Below are positions 12,961 through 25,318 of a stretch of DNA of 64,000 bases, one piece after another. Source of the DNA: Chrysemys picta bellii (taxonomy: Eukaryota). The translations under genes and the position numbers were made by a program. The DNA is taken from the NCBI RefSeq assembly GCF_011386835.1, contig NC_088810.1, forward strand, positions 11,966,001-12,030,000. The letters are read 5' to 3'. The notes below the pieces were generated by a model that did no database searches, was not told the DNA's origin, and was given only the letters and a program-made list of their open reading frames with translations. Within the stretch, counting starts at the first letter, position 1, and each line of letters starts with the position of its first letter.

Positions 12961-14425
12961 CAGGGACATCGGGCAGTGTGCGGGATTCGTCGCAGTGTGC
13001 CCATGCTCACACCCACAACACTCAGTTACACAGAGACTACCAGCTGGGCACGGACCAGAGCTGGCGCCCCCTAGAGGGGAAAGGCCCCATTCCATGCCGC
13101 GGGGCTGGATTGAGCTGGCATCCCCTAGAAGGAAAAGGTCCCGTGCCCCATTCCCCATCCCCTTGAGCCAGCCAGTCCCTCCAGCCCCCCATGTGCGGCA
13201 TGCACTTTAGCCACAGTCCCTTGGCGGATGCCTGACACATGGGCTAATCCCTGATATAGTAACATGAGCACATTTGGCCTCAGGCTTTGGGCACAGAATC
13301 TTGCTGGGTGGTTCCTAGGACAGAGAGCCTTAAAGAGACCCCTTGTTTTAACCCCCCAGCCCCCACTGCCCTCTCAGAGCTGGGGAAAGGACCTAGGAGT
13401 CCTGGCTCCCAACCCCCCCTCCCTCCCCCCCCAATCCTCTAAGCACTACACACAATGTTTTTGCTTATTCAAGCCAGCTAGGGACACTGCTGCTGTGAGC
13501 TTCCCTGCAGCAGTGTCCGTCCCAACAGGACCTGGGCACTGTGAGCTTCCCTGCAGCAGCATCTAGCCAGGCAGGACCCTGGTAACGCAATCTCCTGGAC
13601 AATGCTCCTTTATTCCATGCCCAAGCCCCTCCTGTGCCCAGCCAGGCTCTGTGTCTGGGGCGCAGCTCCCCAAATGGGATTGGGGGAGGTTGGGAAACAA
13701 ATGTGCCCATGTGCCTGGGACTGGGACAGGGTGCAGGTGCTGGATACCCACCCCAGCCCATTCCCCTGCCCCTCCCCAGCACACACCGCATGCAGCGCTC
13801 TCCCTGGGCAGTGGCCCACAAACGTGTGGGGTGGGTGCTCACAAAGCTGGGAGGAGGGGGAGCGGAGCCGGGTCCTGGTGGGGTGGGGGCCGGGGGTGAG
13901 GGGCACAGTCTGTTGTGTCTGGCAGCCAGCCTCCCCGAGGGGCTCTCATGGGGGTGGGGGTGCACAGAATAGGGCTCGGACAGACACACATACACGGGGG
14001 GGGGTGTCCGTCCCCCAGCTGGAGGGGCTGAGCTCTGGGGGGGCGGGAGGGGCGTGTCTGTCTGTCTGTCCCTGCTGGAGGGGCTGAACCATGGGGATGT
14101 CTGTCTGTCCATTCCCCCAGCTGAAGGGGCAGAGCTGTCTGTCTGCGCTCACAGCTTCCCAGACCCCTGGCCAGGAGGGACTCCCCACTCCTCCCCCAGG
14201 CCTGCGACCTCCCCCAGACTCAGCCTGTCTCTGGTGACAGGCGGCTGGGGATGGGGGGGCGTTGCCCACCCTGTGTGTCTGTCCGCATCAGTGCAGGTCT
14301 GTCTGTCTGTCTGTGCTGGTCCTGCCTGGCCCCGCAGGCCTGGCAGGCAGCCCGGCCCTCCCCTTGGCTCGATGCCCAACCATCCCTCCTCGCCCAGGCT
14401 TCTAGCGCCTTCCACGCCCGTGGGA

Positions 14426-14431
14426 TATAAG
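14426..14431 (+). promoter_or_regulatory. HSPB6 TATA box
   Basis: TATAAG about 50 nt upstream of the HSPB6 ATG in a GC-rich context. Confidence 0.7.
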
Positions 14432-14477
14432 GCCCTGACGCAGGGCGAGTGCAGACGGACGCCCCGACCCAGCTGCC

Positions 14478-16825
14478 ATGGACGTCACCATCCAGCACCC
14501 GTGGCTGCGCCGGCCCCTGGGCCCCGGCTTCGGCCCCTTCCTCGCCAACCGCCTCTTCGACCAGCGCTTCGGTGAGGGGCTGCTGGAGAGCGACCTGGCG
14601 GCCCTCTGCCCTGCCGCCGGCCTCGGCCCCCTCTATGCCCGCCCCCCTGGCGTGGCTCTGCCCGACACCGGCCTCTCCGAGGTGGGTCAGGGGTGGGGCA
14701 AGCGCCCCTCATTGCCCCCTATCCCTGCTCCCCTTGCTGCCCCCGCTCCCTGCACCCCCAAACTCCTGCACCCCCCACTGCCCCAAATCACTGCATTCCC
14801 TCACTGCACCTCCACTGCCCCAATCCCTGCATCCCTCGCTGCACCCCAAATCCCTGCACCCCCCACCCAAAGCCCTGCACTCCCTTGCTGCACCCCAAAA
14901 ACCTGCTTCACCCTCGCTCCCCCCAAATTCCTGCACCCCCTCACTGCCCACTGAATCTCCACACTCCCTTGCTGCACCAATCCCTTCCCCCAATCCTTGC
15001 CCCACCCTCACTGCACCCCAATACTCCTGCCCCTTACCCTCACTCTCCCCAATCCCTATACCCCCCCAATCTCTGCACCCCTGACTGCCCCCAAAATCTC
15101 TGCATCACCACATCCTGATCCCCCTTGCCTCACCCCCTGGCCTCACCTCTGTGCGTGGTCTCCACCCTTCCTGTGCAGCCGCACCAACCCCACCCGCTGC
15201 TGGCCCCCCGGAGCCACATGGGCCCTCACCCACCCATGAATGTCCCCCACTCTCTCTGCACCCCTAACTCCATTATAGCTTCCACCCTGCACCCCCAATT
15301 CTGGCCATGTCCCCTTGCTGCATCCTATAATCCACACCCCTTCTGTCCCCCCCCCGCACCCCTAAATCCAGGGCTAGCCTCTGCTCTCTGCAACCCCAAA
15401 TCCAGGTGTTTCATGTGCTCACTGTACCCCCAGATCCATGCATGGCCTGCATCCACTCTGCACCCCCAAATTCTGCTCTGCCAGGCCCATACCCCAAATA
15501 CCAGAGCCTCACCCCAGTCAGGGGTACGAGCTCCCCCAGGGCTGTGGTGGGAGCAGGGGGACTGTGGGGGGTGCTGCTGTACACAGGCATATTGGGGTGC
15601 AGGTGCCTCCCACCCCTTGGAGCCCCAGCGAGCAGGAGAGGGGTGACAGGGCAGAAGCAGAGGCTGCCCTATTATGGTAACATTCCTGTGCCGTGCGGCA
15701 CCTGCTGCCAGCTGCTCGGGCTGCCGGCCAGGGGTGTGGAGGGGGAGCAGCTATCTCTCCCCCCCAATTCTGGACCCTGTTATTCCATCCTCCCCCAAGC
15801 TCTGCATCCCTCACCGCACCAGCATCTGCAGGGCCAGCGCTCAGCTGGAGGGGTGGAACTCCAGCACTGCAAGCTTCCCCCAGTAGTGCCCATGCCTGGC
15901 CCCAGCACTGTGAGCTTCCCCCTGACAGTGCCCAGCCCTAGGCACTGCAAGCTTCCCTTCGGCAGTGCCCAGCTCTGCCCCCCAGCCCTGTGAGTGTCTT
16001 CCCCCTCCCCCGGGCTGCGAGCTGGCCAGCCCCTGCAGTGCCCAGCCCCCCCTGAGCTACCCCCCTGCAGTGTCCATCCCCAGGCGCTGAAAGCTTCCCT
16101 CCAGCAGTGCCCAGCCCTGGGAGCATCTCCCCCTCCCCAGCTCTGTGAGCTTCCCCGACAGTGCTCAGCCCCAGCCCCTACCGAGCTCCCTCCCCACCCA
16201 CCCCCGCTGCAGTATCCAGCCCTAGGTGCTGAGAGCTTTCCTCCGGCAGTGCCCAGCCCAGGACTTGCAAGCTTCCCTCCAGTAGTGTGCAGTCCCAACC
16301 CACAGCGCTGCAAGTTGCCCCTGGTCAGTGCCCAGCCCTGGCCTGTGAGCTTCCCTCTGACAGTGCCCAGCCCCAGTGAGTTTAGTCCTGGCAGTGCCCT
16401 CACCCGCTGGTCTGCCCCTGCAGATGACGCTAGACAAGGACCGGTTCTCGGTGCTGCTGGATGTGAAGCATTTCTCGCCTGAGGAGCTGAGCGTGAAGGT
16501 GGTGGGTGACTACGTGGAGGTGCACGCCAAACATGAGGAGCGTCCGGTATGGCCCCCCCCCAGCCCAGGGTGTCCCCCCCAGCTCTCCTCCTCCCCCCCA
16601 CACTAATGCCTTCTCTCTTGCCCCCAGGACGAGCACGGCTACATCTCCCGCGAGTTCCACCGGCGCTATGGGCTACCCCGGGGTGTGGACCCCGCCACCA
16701 TCACTTCGTCCCTCTCACCCGACGGCATCCTCTCCATCACAGCGCCCACCAAACCCGAGGGCAAGGCCCAGGAGCGCACCGTCCCCATCACCCACCAGCA
16801 GAGCCCCGCCGTCACTGGGAAATAG
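14478..16825 (+). CDS. HSPB6: Small heat-shock protein beta-6 (Hsp20). Exons 14478-14681, 16424-16546, 16628-16825 (174 aa)
   Basis: Alpha-crystallin domain ([48 protein letters not shown]). HSPB6-type signatures [18 protein letters not shown] and HEERPD. Three exons with phase-0 introns. Adjacent to LIN37 and PROSER3, as for human HSPB6. Confidence 0.93.
14700..16400. repeat. C-rich low-complexity and minisatellite fill of HSPB6 intron 1 (TGCACCCC and CAGTGCCCAGCCC units)
   Basis: Visible short imperfect repeats with strong C-skew on the + strand. Confidence 0.6.
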
Positions 16826-17090
16826 GGGGGGGGGCGCAAGGATCCGCCTCTACCCCCCCATAGGAGTCAGGGGGTCCCCCTGTCCCCATTAGGGACACCC
16901 CCACCCCTGTGGGCATCACACTCCCCCAGCCCCTTGGGACAGCAGAATTTCAGGGGCTCCCCCTTTCCAGGCCCAGGGGAGCAGAGATCTGGGATTTGCT
17001 CCTGCCCCTCTCCCCCCCCCCCCCCCCCCCCCGTTTTGCAGGGTCTTTTCTTATCTATGGCTGGTGCTGTATGAAGCCGGGAGCTCGGCC

Positions 17091-17096
17091 AATAAA
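17091..17096 (+). terminator. HSPB6 polyadenylation signal AATAAA
   Basis: First AATAAA after the stop codon at 16825. Confidence 0.75.
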
Positions 17097-18164
17097 CTCC
17101 ACTCACCTGCTGGACTGGTGCCTCCCTGTGGTTGTTTTTGAGGGACACTGCTGGGGGTGGGGTGGGATTGGATTTCACCCAGGGGTGCTGCCTGGGAGAA
17201 GGGCAGGGAGCAGTGGTGATAAGTCACAGGGGTGCATGGTAGGAATTGTGTGCGGTGGTTGATCTGTATCTGTTGGGGGACAGGAGTGGTGGTCAGGATG
17301 AACCTGGCTGGGGTTGTTTGGCAGTGGGGGCAGGTAGTGCGTAGCAGAGAGGATGTGTCAGGGTGCACCTGTTTAAGATTATACAGCAGAATGCGCCTGT
17401 TGCCCAGGGCTGTGCGTGGCGGGTACGGGCGCCTGTTGCCCAGGGCTGTGCATGGCAGGCAGCAGTTTGGAGTTGTATGTCAGAGCATAACAGGGGTTTG
17501 GAGCTGTGAGGTGTGCTTGTTTTCTAGCACTGTTAGGGCGCACCTGTTGCCTGGGGCTGAGAAAGATAGCCAGGGTGGCCCTAGGCCATATGTGGGTGTA
17601 CCTATGGCTGCATATGTGGGGTGGGGGCACTGCAAGAAATACACACGTAACCATACTCACAGGGGCAGGGATTACAGTAACACCCCCCACTCCGCTCTCT
17701 CACCTCATGCTCCCCCCAGGCCCCACACACACTGCACCCCCTCACTAGAGCCCCGGTGCCCTGTCCCACCCTGACACCCACCCGAGCACCCATGCTAGAT
17801 AAGCTGCCAGACACTGGCTTGCCGGGCCACCAGGGTATGGTCAATGCAAATGCCCTGCTCCGCCCCTTTGCACCAGTGCAGCAGCATGACATCACTGAGA
17901 CACACCCCTCTGTTCTTGAAGGGAGGAGGATACTCAAGGCTGATTAACCCTTTGTGCAACAGCTCAGGTGGGGTTTACAGGGGTAAACACCTGAGCCCCT
18001 TTACCCACAGTAGTGAGGCAGGACCCCACTTCTCAGCCATCCCATCTCCCTGCCCCTGCTGCATTGCCTCCAGCTGTGAATTCCCCCCAAAGGGGGCTTC
18101 ACCCTGGGCTACTCCGGGGTGTTGTCCCCCTATGACACAGGTGAGGCAGGCGCCAGGGATTCCA

Positions 18165-18170
18165 TTTATT
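18165..18170 (-). terminator. LIN37 polyadenylation signal (AATAAA on the minus strand)
   Basis: TTTATT on +, about 325 nt past the LIN37 stop codon. Confidence 0.7.
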
Positions 18171-18494
18171 GGCTATGTTGGAAGGGGGAGGGGGGAGGGA
18201 GAAGAGAGATGGTGGGATGGGAGACTAGGTCCCCTTACATGCACTAGCCGCTGCCCTCCACTAGGGGGCAGCCCTACCCCACACAGAGCCCAGCCAGGGG
18301 ACAGAAGGGGGGGTGTGAGGGGTAGCCCCGAGCTAGACCACTCTCCCCAGCACCAAGCCCAGGGTATGAGGCTACTTTCTACTAGGAGTGCCCCCCCCCC
18401 CGGAGGCGGGGCACCCAAGTGGCTCCACTCCCAGTGGCTGGGCCTCAGCACAGCCCCACCCCCAGAGGGGGGCCTGGGCAGGGTGTGGGGTCCA

Positions 18495-21400
18495 TCACTG
18501 CCGCTCGTACATCTCCTTGAGGATCTTCATGCTCTCAGTGTAGCGTAGCTGGTTCCGGTGTGATGCCTCCTTCCACCTGTGAGGGGAGCAGAGATGGGGC
18601 AGGAGGGTCAAGAACCCTCCCCCCCTCAAATTCCCTCCCCGAGGCTGAAGCACCCCCAACCCACACTCCACCCCGGGGAAGAACACCCTCCCTCCACCCC
18701 CCACCCCTCTGGCACACCCACCGCTGGCGGATCTTCTTCCAGCGCTCCATGTTCTTATAGATGAGAGAAGACATCGAGGGCCGTGCATCAGGGGTCTACG
18801 GGGTGGAGAGAGAACATGTCAGGTCAGGGGGGGGAACCTGGGAGAGAAGCCTGCAGGAGGTGGACACCCCGGGGGGGAGGGGCAGTGTCATGGTTGGCAC
18901 ATAGTGTGTGGGGGGGAGATGGGTAGTTGGGGGGTGGGCCCCAGGAGAAGCGGGTAGAAAGAGTGTCGGGGCGGGGGTAGAGAGAACCAGGTGGGAGATA
19001 GGAGGCAGGCAGCCTGCAAGGCTGGAACCCAGTATCGGGGGCCCCACGGAACCCATGGAGAGTGGCGGGGCAGCAGTCTAGGCTGTGAGAGCAGCGTGGT
19101 GGATGGGGGGCAGATTGAGGGGGGCTGCAGCACCCCCTGCAGATGGGGGAGGGAAAGGCCAAAGCTCAGCTGGCACGAGGCCCTGGGCAGGGCAGGGGGT
19201 GGACATAGCCGCCCGGGGCCCCTTCCTCACCGTGTCAGGGAGCGCCTCCCCATCCTCAGGCGGCAGTGGGGAGGGTATCCTGGCGCTCACAGACTCCCCG
19301 CCTGCATTCTCCAGGCCAGCACACGGCGGGGGCAGCTTGTACACATTCTGGCTCTTCCCGTTCAGCCCCTCAGCCCCCTGGGAACGCAGAGCAGGTCACG
19401 GAAAGAAGTGGGGGAACCCCACACAGCCCCTCCCCCATTCCTGCCCCTCAGCCCCCTGGGAACATAGAGCGGGGGTAGGGGACACCCCACACAGCCCATG
19501 CCCCATGGGGGGGATGGGACCCCACACAGCCCCTCCCCCCACATCCCCCACCTCCTCATCCTCAGGCAGAGCGGGCAGCGGGGGGCTGGGCGAGCGCTCC
19601 CTCTCGCGTACGGTGGGACTGTTCCTCATCCAGGCCCGGCAGATGGGGTACAGTGGGGTGCTCTCTGCAAACTGCGCCAGGTCCACACTCCGGTCAAACA
19701 GCTTGATGATGTAGGTGTCTGGGGGGTCAGGACAGCAAAATCGTCAGATGGGAACCCCCTCTAGCCAGCCCACCGCCCAGGATCTGAGCCTGCACCCCCT
19801 GGAGGGGAGGGGGAGCGCGGCGTATGGCCCCATGCCCCATTCCCTGCCCCCCCCAACCCAGCCGTGTTCCAGTCCTCCCCCCTCCCCCGAACCAGCCACT
19901 CCCCTGCCCTGGGGCGAAATAGGAGCCAGCACCTCCTAGAGGGGAAGGCCCCATGCCCCACACCCACTTACTCTGTCTCTGCTGGCCACTCTCAGTCAAT
20001 CCATCATCTGTCTCTTTCCTCTTCTTGCGCCGGTGATGGGAGAACCGTGCTGAGGGCCTGCCGGGGGGGAGTGTGTGTGGGGGGGCAAATCAATGGTGGA
20101 CGGCCAAGCCCCGACACCTCCAGAGGCCAGGCCATAGAAGGGACTCCCCGCCATAGGGCCAAATGGGGGCCCAGACATATGGAGCCTTGGGCATGATCAT
20201 GAGAGAGGACCCAGCCCTTCCCCACACAGATATCCCCATCCCAGCACCGTCCTGCCACCCCCACACCCCACAAAAGACTCACCCAGTGCTGAAATGCAGC
20301 CAGCTCTGGGGTGGGGCAGCTGGGGAACAGCCACACAGTGACTATTGCCTGAGAATCTCTAAGCCCTTTAACAACAAACAACTTCAGCCTCATAATGCCC
20401 TTCCAAGAGCTGGGGGTGTCACCTCCACTTCACAGACAGAATTGAGGTGCTGATTGCAAAGAGACTGCATCAGGTCAAATGGCTAAAGAGGGAGAGAACC
20501 CAGGAGTCCTGACTCTGCCTCCCTCCCAACCCACCAGACCCCACTCCCTGCCCACAGCTGAGAGAGAACCCAGGCATCCTGGTTCCCAGCCCCCCTGCTC
20601 TAACCCACTAGACCCCAGGCCCCCATCTGCTCGTCCGTCTCCCGTCAGGGTGGTGTCTGGGCCTGGCAGCCCTATGGCGCTCAGTGAGGCACCATGCCGC
20701 TGGAGGTACCCACCTCTTCCCAGCCGTGGAGGGGGAGGAGTCCCTGCAAAGACAAGAGGAGAGGGGAGGTGAGGCCCGAGGTGCAAGGCCCCCCACCCTT
20801 CTCAGGGGCAGCAGGCCCCAGCTGCTACACATGGTGCCCCCTGCTCCAATCCTGCCCACACCCCTGACCCGGGAGGAGGAACGGGGTCTGAGGAGCAGGG
20901 TGGAGGTCAATGGGGTAGAATCTGCCCAGCTGAGGGGGCGGGGGGGGGGGGGGAAGAGCTGAACCTGGCTGGAGTAACACAGCGCTGCGTGAAGGGGACA
21001 ATCCAGACACCCCCACAGCTCAGCGCTGGAACGTTACGGGCCCTCCAAGCTCTGACTTGCTTTCTCAAGTGGCCCCAAGAAAAAGGCTCCCCCCACCCAG
21101 CCCCCCCAATAGCTCCTGGCCGGAGGCTCCTTACTTGCTGAGCGGGTCGCTGGATGTCTTCCCGGCGTCCTCATCCAGCTGCTCCCTGCAAGGAGCGTGT
21201 CAGTCCAAATCAGAGCCAGCCCAATCCCGTTCCCAATGGCATGCGACCCTGGGAGCCCAGCCCCTGAGCCAGCTGACCCACTGCCGTGGGGCTGGAGGGA
21301 CCCAGCACTCCCAAGAGGGGAAAGGCCCCATTGCCATTCCCCCCGCCCCTGAGCCAGCCAGTCCCCCGCCCAGGGGTTCCCCTAAAAGGGAAAGGCCCCG

Positions 21401-24400
21401 TGTCCCTTTCCCAGCTGCCCCAAGGCAGTCTGTTAGACTCCTGTCGTTGGGGTGGATTAGAACTGGTGACCCCTAGAGGTGAAAGGCCCCATATGCCCCC
21501 AGCTCTGTTCTAAGCCCAACTCCCAGCCTATGCTCTCACACCCCCACCAATCTGCGTGCGTCTCCACCCACCGGTCCACATCGCTTTTCTCCAGCAGACA
21601 CTGCAGCACAGCATCAAGGCGGCTCCGGGCGTTGGTCGTCTCCAGATCTGCGGTGGGAAGTATAATAGACACATGGAGCCCTGAGCGCGATGGTAGGAGA
21701 GGAGCCTGCGCCTTCCCACATGGCCAGCCCCTCCAGGCTCTGCACATCCCAAAGGGCTCCACGCACAGGGATGGCTTGCGCAGCGCTGGAATGCAGCCAT
21801 CTCTGGGGCGGGGCAGCTAGGGAAGAGCTAAACACACAAGCTACAACTGGCCAGAGCAAAGGGGTTAGCACCTTGTCTCTTGGGGCTCTTGTAAGGTTAG
21901 AATAGAACCCAGGAGTCCTGACTCCAAGCCCTCCCCCCCCTTGCCACTAAACCCCACTCCCTTCCCCAAGCCAGGACAGAACACAGGAGGTCCAAAGACT
22001 GCTTTGGGACAGGAATTGAAGAAACCTGAACACAGGGAGGCAAAACAGAATCTGTCACGTTGTGGGGGGCAATCCAGAGGGGGGGAAGAGTTGTGTCTTC
22101 CCTTACCGCAACATGTCTCACAACACCTTGCTACTGTAGCTGCCTGCCTGGGATGCCCCCGGTCAGGACCAAGCATGCGCTCTATGGCCAGGTATTGGGC
22201 AGCCCTCATCCAACACTTTTGCTCCAGGAGCCAACCTGTGATACCCAGCCTTGGTTACCAATGGGTCAGGTGAGTCCATGCAGTATCCAGCCCGGAATCT
22301 CCCCAAACTGTATGTTCCGAGATGTCCAGCCCTGTCCTGGGACAATCAGAGGGAGGTTTGGGTCTGCTGCTTCCTTACAGAGTCAATAGCCCACTGTTTG
22401 TTACTTGAACTGAAGTTCCCCAACAGCTGAGTTCAAACACAGCCCGGGATGGGTCAAGATTCAACATAAATAACGTTCATGTAATTCCAAAGAGAGCTTT
22501 GCAATGAGTTCAAGTGGCAGGAACAGTTACAAGAGAAAGGGTCTAGTGACTGAAACTTAACAAGGCAGACGTGGTGGAAGGTAAAAACCTCCCCACGTCT
22601 CCACCAAACTGGCTGACTGAACCCCAAGGGCTGGATCAATCCCCCAAAGTCAAAGGGGGCTAGATACTTTGTCGTCTTAGGGGCCAGCCAGATCACCTGG
22701 CCCCTCAGAAATGTCAACGACAAAAGCCTATTTCAGCTGTGAGATGGCACCGTGGGGTCTGTCCCACTACCACCCCACTGGAGTTGTCTGCCAAGATGGA
22801 AATAATTTAATCCTGCCTCTGCTGGTGTAACCAAATGCACGAGACATGTGCTTGGCTATCTCCCTCCCCCCCCCACCATGGTAGTGTGCCATTTGCCTCC
22901 CCCCTTTGTGAGTGTGGTGGGCCTGTTTACATGACATTCTCATGGTCTTTCAGAGTACTGCAGGAGTGGAAAACTCACCCTTCTGGCTACAGTGGGGTAG
23001 CTCCTGCTCGGCTGGCAACCACTTGCCAATTATCATTTCAGTTTCCATCCATAACTTTGCACCAGTTGCCTGCAGCCACACTGCACGATGATATTAATAC
23101 CCAGTGAGTCACGAGCTTTCCGTTGGCACTTCCCAAGGCATATTTTGTACAAAGGGTGTGAATCCAGGCATGCTTCAGGTCCCCTGCCCCCCTTACAACG
23201 CTGCAGGAGGGTTACCCGCTGGCTGAAGCCAAAGGCCCCGTTTCCTGGACCAGGATCTGTTCCCTTTCTATGTACAATTTCCATCTCATATCCTTGGAGC
23301 GTCACGCTCCATCAGAGCGGTTTGGGACTGGAGCCATCATGCTAATGCAGAGTGATCGGTTAGGCCCCAGAATTTCTGTTGCACTGCCCACGCTCCGGCC
23401 CGGCATTCTCTTTCTATGACAGAAAGATTCTGTTCAGCGGGTGTCAGATTCTTGCTTCAGAAAGCAGGTGTGTGTGTGTGTATGTGGGGGGGGGGGGGTT
23501 ATTACTGTCCCCTGATTGCATTAGTGCAGCTCCTAACCCAGCAAGTGAGGTGTCTGTGCACAGCTCAAGTCTGGACTAGCCAAAACAGGCTTCTCAGCCA
23601 AGATTTTCTGTCCCTTATCAGCCCTCGACCTGCCTTCGACCACACAACGTTGTCTGGCTTTCTACACACATCTGCGATTGCAACTACAATGTCACTGAAC
23701 CCACATGCCCAGAGAAGCTGGGTCAGGGTTCTACTGTCCAAAGCAAACATTGCAAAGGTTGATTGTGCTATAAAGATGGGGGGGGGCCGCACCCCACAGG
23801 CGCTGAACCTCAATGATAAGCAATTGACTCAACAGGCTGCATACGATATTACGTATTATCAGAGGGTATCAAGTGAGGTCTTTTCTGAAAGCTAATGACA
23901 CGCTTGGTGATGAATATCCTGGGGAGATGTCTGTTTTAGTGCTACGGGGGAAATACTGACACTTAGTGAGGTTATGTTTTACAGCCTGTGTCCACACACA
24001 GGGAGAAACAGCTCACTCCAGCCAGGCAGCTCCCTCCCTTCCAGGAGATTAAGCAAGGTGTGATCACAACCAACAGACAGGCCTATTTACACAGACCATA
24101 CAGGGGATGGGAAGCCCATGGGAAACAAACAACCTGCTGCTTAGAACAAGTTCTCTGAAGGAATAAGGCAAGGACAGAAGCCACCTCTGGCACCCGTCAC
24201 TAGACACAAGAGATCAGAGCTCTTGCAAGCTAAGAAAAACAGGTCTTTCCACCACAGGGGGCTTGAAATTTCTGGAACTGAATACAGGTGAGAAATCTGC
24301 TTAGGTAAAGTTCTTGCACCTAAAAGGACCAAGGAAGCCAGCGTGTTGTGTTTTGTGACCTGATTGAGGCTGGGAAGAGCAAGCGGGCAGACAGACCATC

Positions 24401-25318
24401 TTGACCACCACCTTGATAGATTGTTTTAGACATATGTTTTCACTTGTGTTTTACCTGTACCCCTTTCTAACTTGATTGTTTTTACTTAGCATCACTTATG
24501 TCCTATTGTTCATAAATGGGTCTTATTCTTACTACAAGCCAACTCAGCGCGGTGTTTAAATGGCGGGTGCATTCACTCCGGTGAGGTTAATAAGCTGTGA
24601 TGGGTGGGTGTCTTTCGAGGAGCAAAGGAACCACATTACTTCTCTGAACTGGCTAGGAGAGGGCTGGACGTGGCAGAGCATACTCTGGGGGAAATTCGGG
24701 ACTTGGAACACATTAGGGTCAGCTTGCTGGTGGGGCTGCAGACAGGCTGCTGGTCCAGGGCTGTCTAGCGCACACACAAGGTGTGACCTGCATGCTGGTA
24801 GATTGCTACTGGATGCTCGTAGCCAAAGCACTGGAAGGCACCCCAGGCTACAGGGCAAGTGGAGACAACCCCTCACTGGGCTGGATTGCACCCTGAACCC
24901 TGACCAGACTGTCACAAAACTTGTCCCTTTGAATGGCTGTGGATGCCTGGGTCTGCGCCCCGAAGATCCTGGATGGCAAGCGACTGGGACCCTCCACTCA
25001 CCAAAGTATTTTGAGGATCACAACATGCCCAGGGTGGATAGAGCCCATGCAGAGACAGGCATGTAATCCCAACTTCCCCCATGACCACCCTCCCCCTGGG
25101 GGTGTAGGTTCTGTGGCCTCCTTAGAATGGATCAGCCGCACAGAGCAGCTGTGGGGGTGGGAAAGTCTTTCAGTGCCTGGCTGGGGGGCAGCTGGAATCC
25201 CAGACTAGGTGTCTGGGGGTGCCCACCCTGCCATCTGGTACCACCAGGGTTCTTCAGGCAGATCCACAGACTTACGGAACCTACCCTGCTTCTCGAATTC
25301 CACCTTCGTAGGTAGCAT
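18495..25318 (-). CDS. LIN37: MuvB/DREAM subunit LIN37. Coding exons (minus) 25318-25285, 21647-21572, 21185-21135, 20743-20714, 20057-19972, 19718-19552, 19377-19231, 18795-18722, 18576-18495 (747 nt, 248 aa)
   Basis: Spliced translation [37 protein letters not shown]...[14 protein letters not shown]...[32 protein letters not shown]...[41 protein letters not shown] matches LIN37, including the CRAW motif. All junctions are GT-AG and in phase. Confidence 0.97.
22053..23320 (-). mobile_element. Degenerate Gypsy-like LTR-retrotransposon remnant in LIN37 intron
   Basis: Minus ORF 23033-23305 contains [13 protein letters not shown], which resembles the Gypsy RNase H end (LQxYDxxIxHxxG). Boundaries are approximate. 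Confidence 0.4.
23800..24916 (+). mobile_element. Probable solo LTR in LIN37 intron (left boundary approximate)
   Basis: Ends in ...CCCTGAACCCTGACCAGACTGTCACA, an LTR-like CA terminus. No coding potential. Confidence 0.45.

Noticed and set aside
1-14400. U2AF1L4 or IGFLR1 expected next to PSENEN from human synteny
   Set aside because: I found no MAEYLASIFGTEKDK-like exon and no convincing IGFLR1 TM or death-like exon by manual translation. Absence is not proven.
14478-16825. Calling the small heat-shock gene CRYAB
   Set aside because: It has HSPB6-type residues ([24 protein letters not shown]) and sits beside LIN37 and PROSER3. No head-to-head HSPB2 is present.
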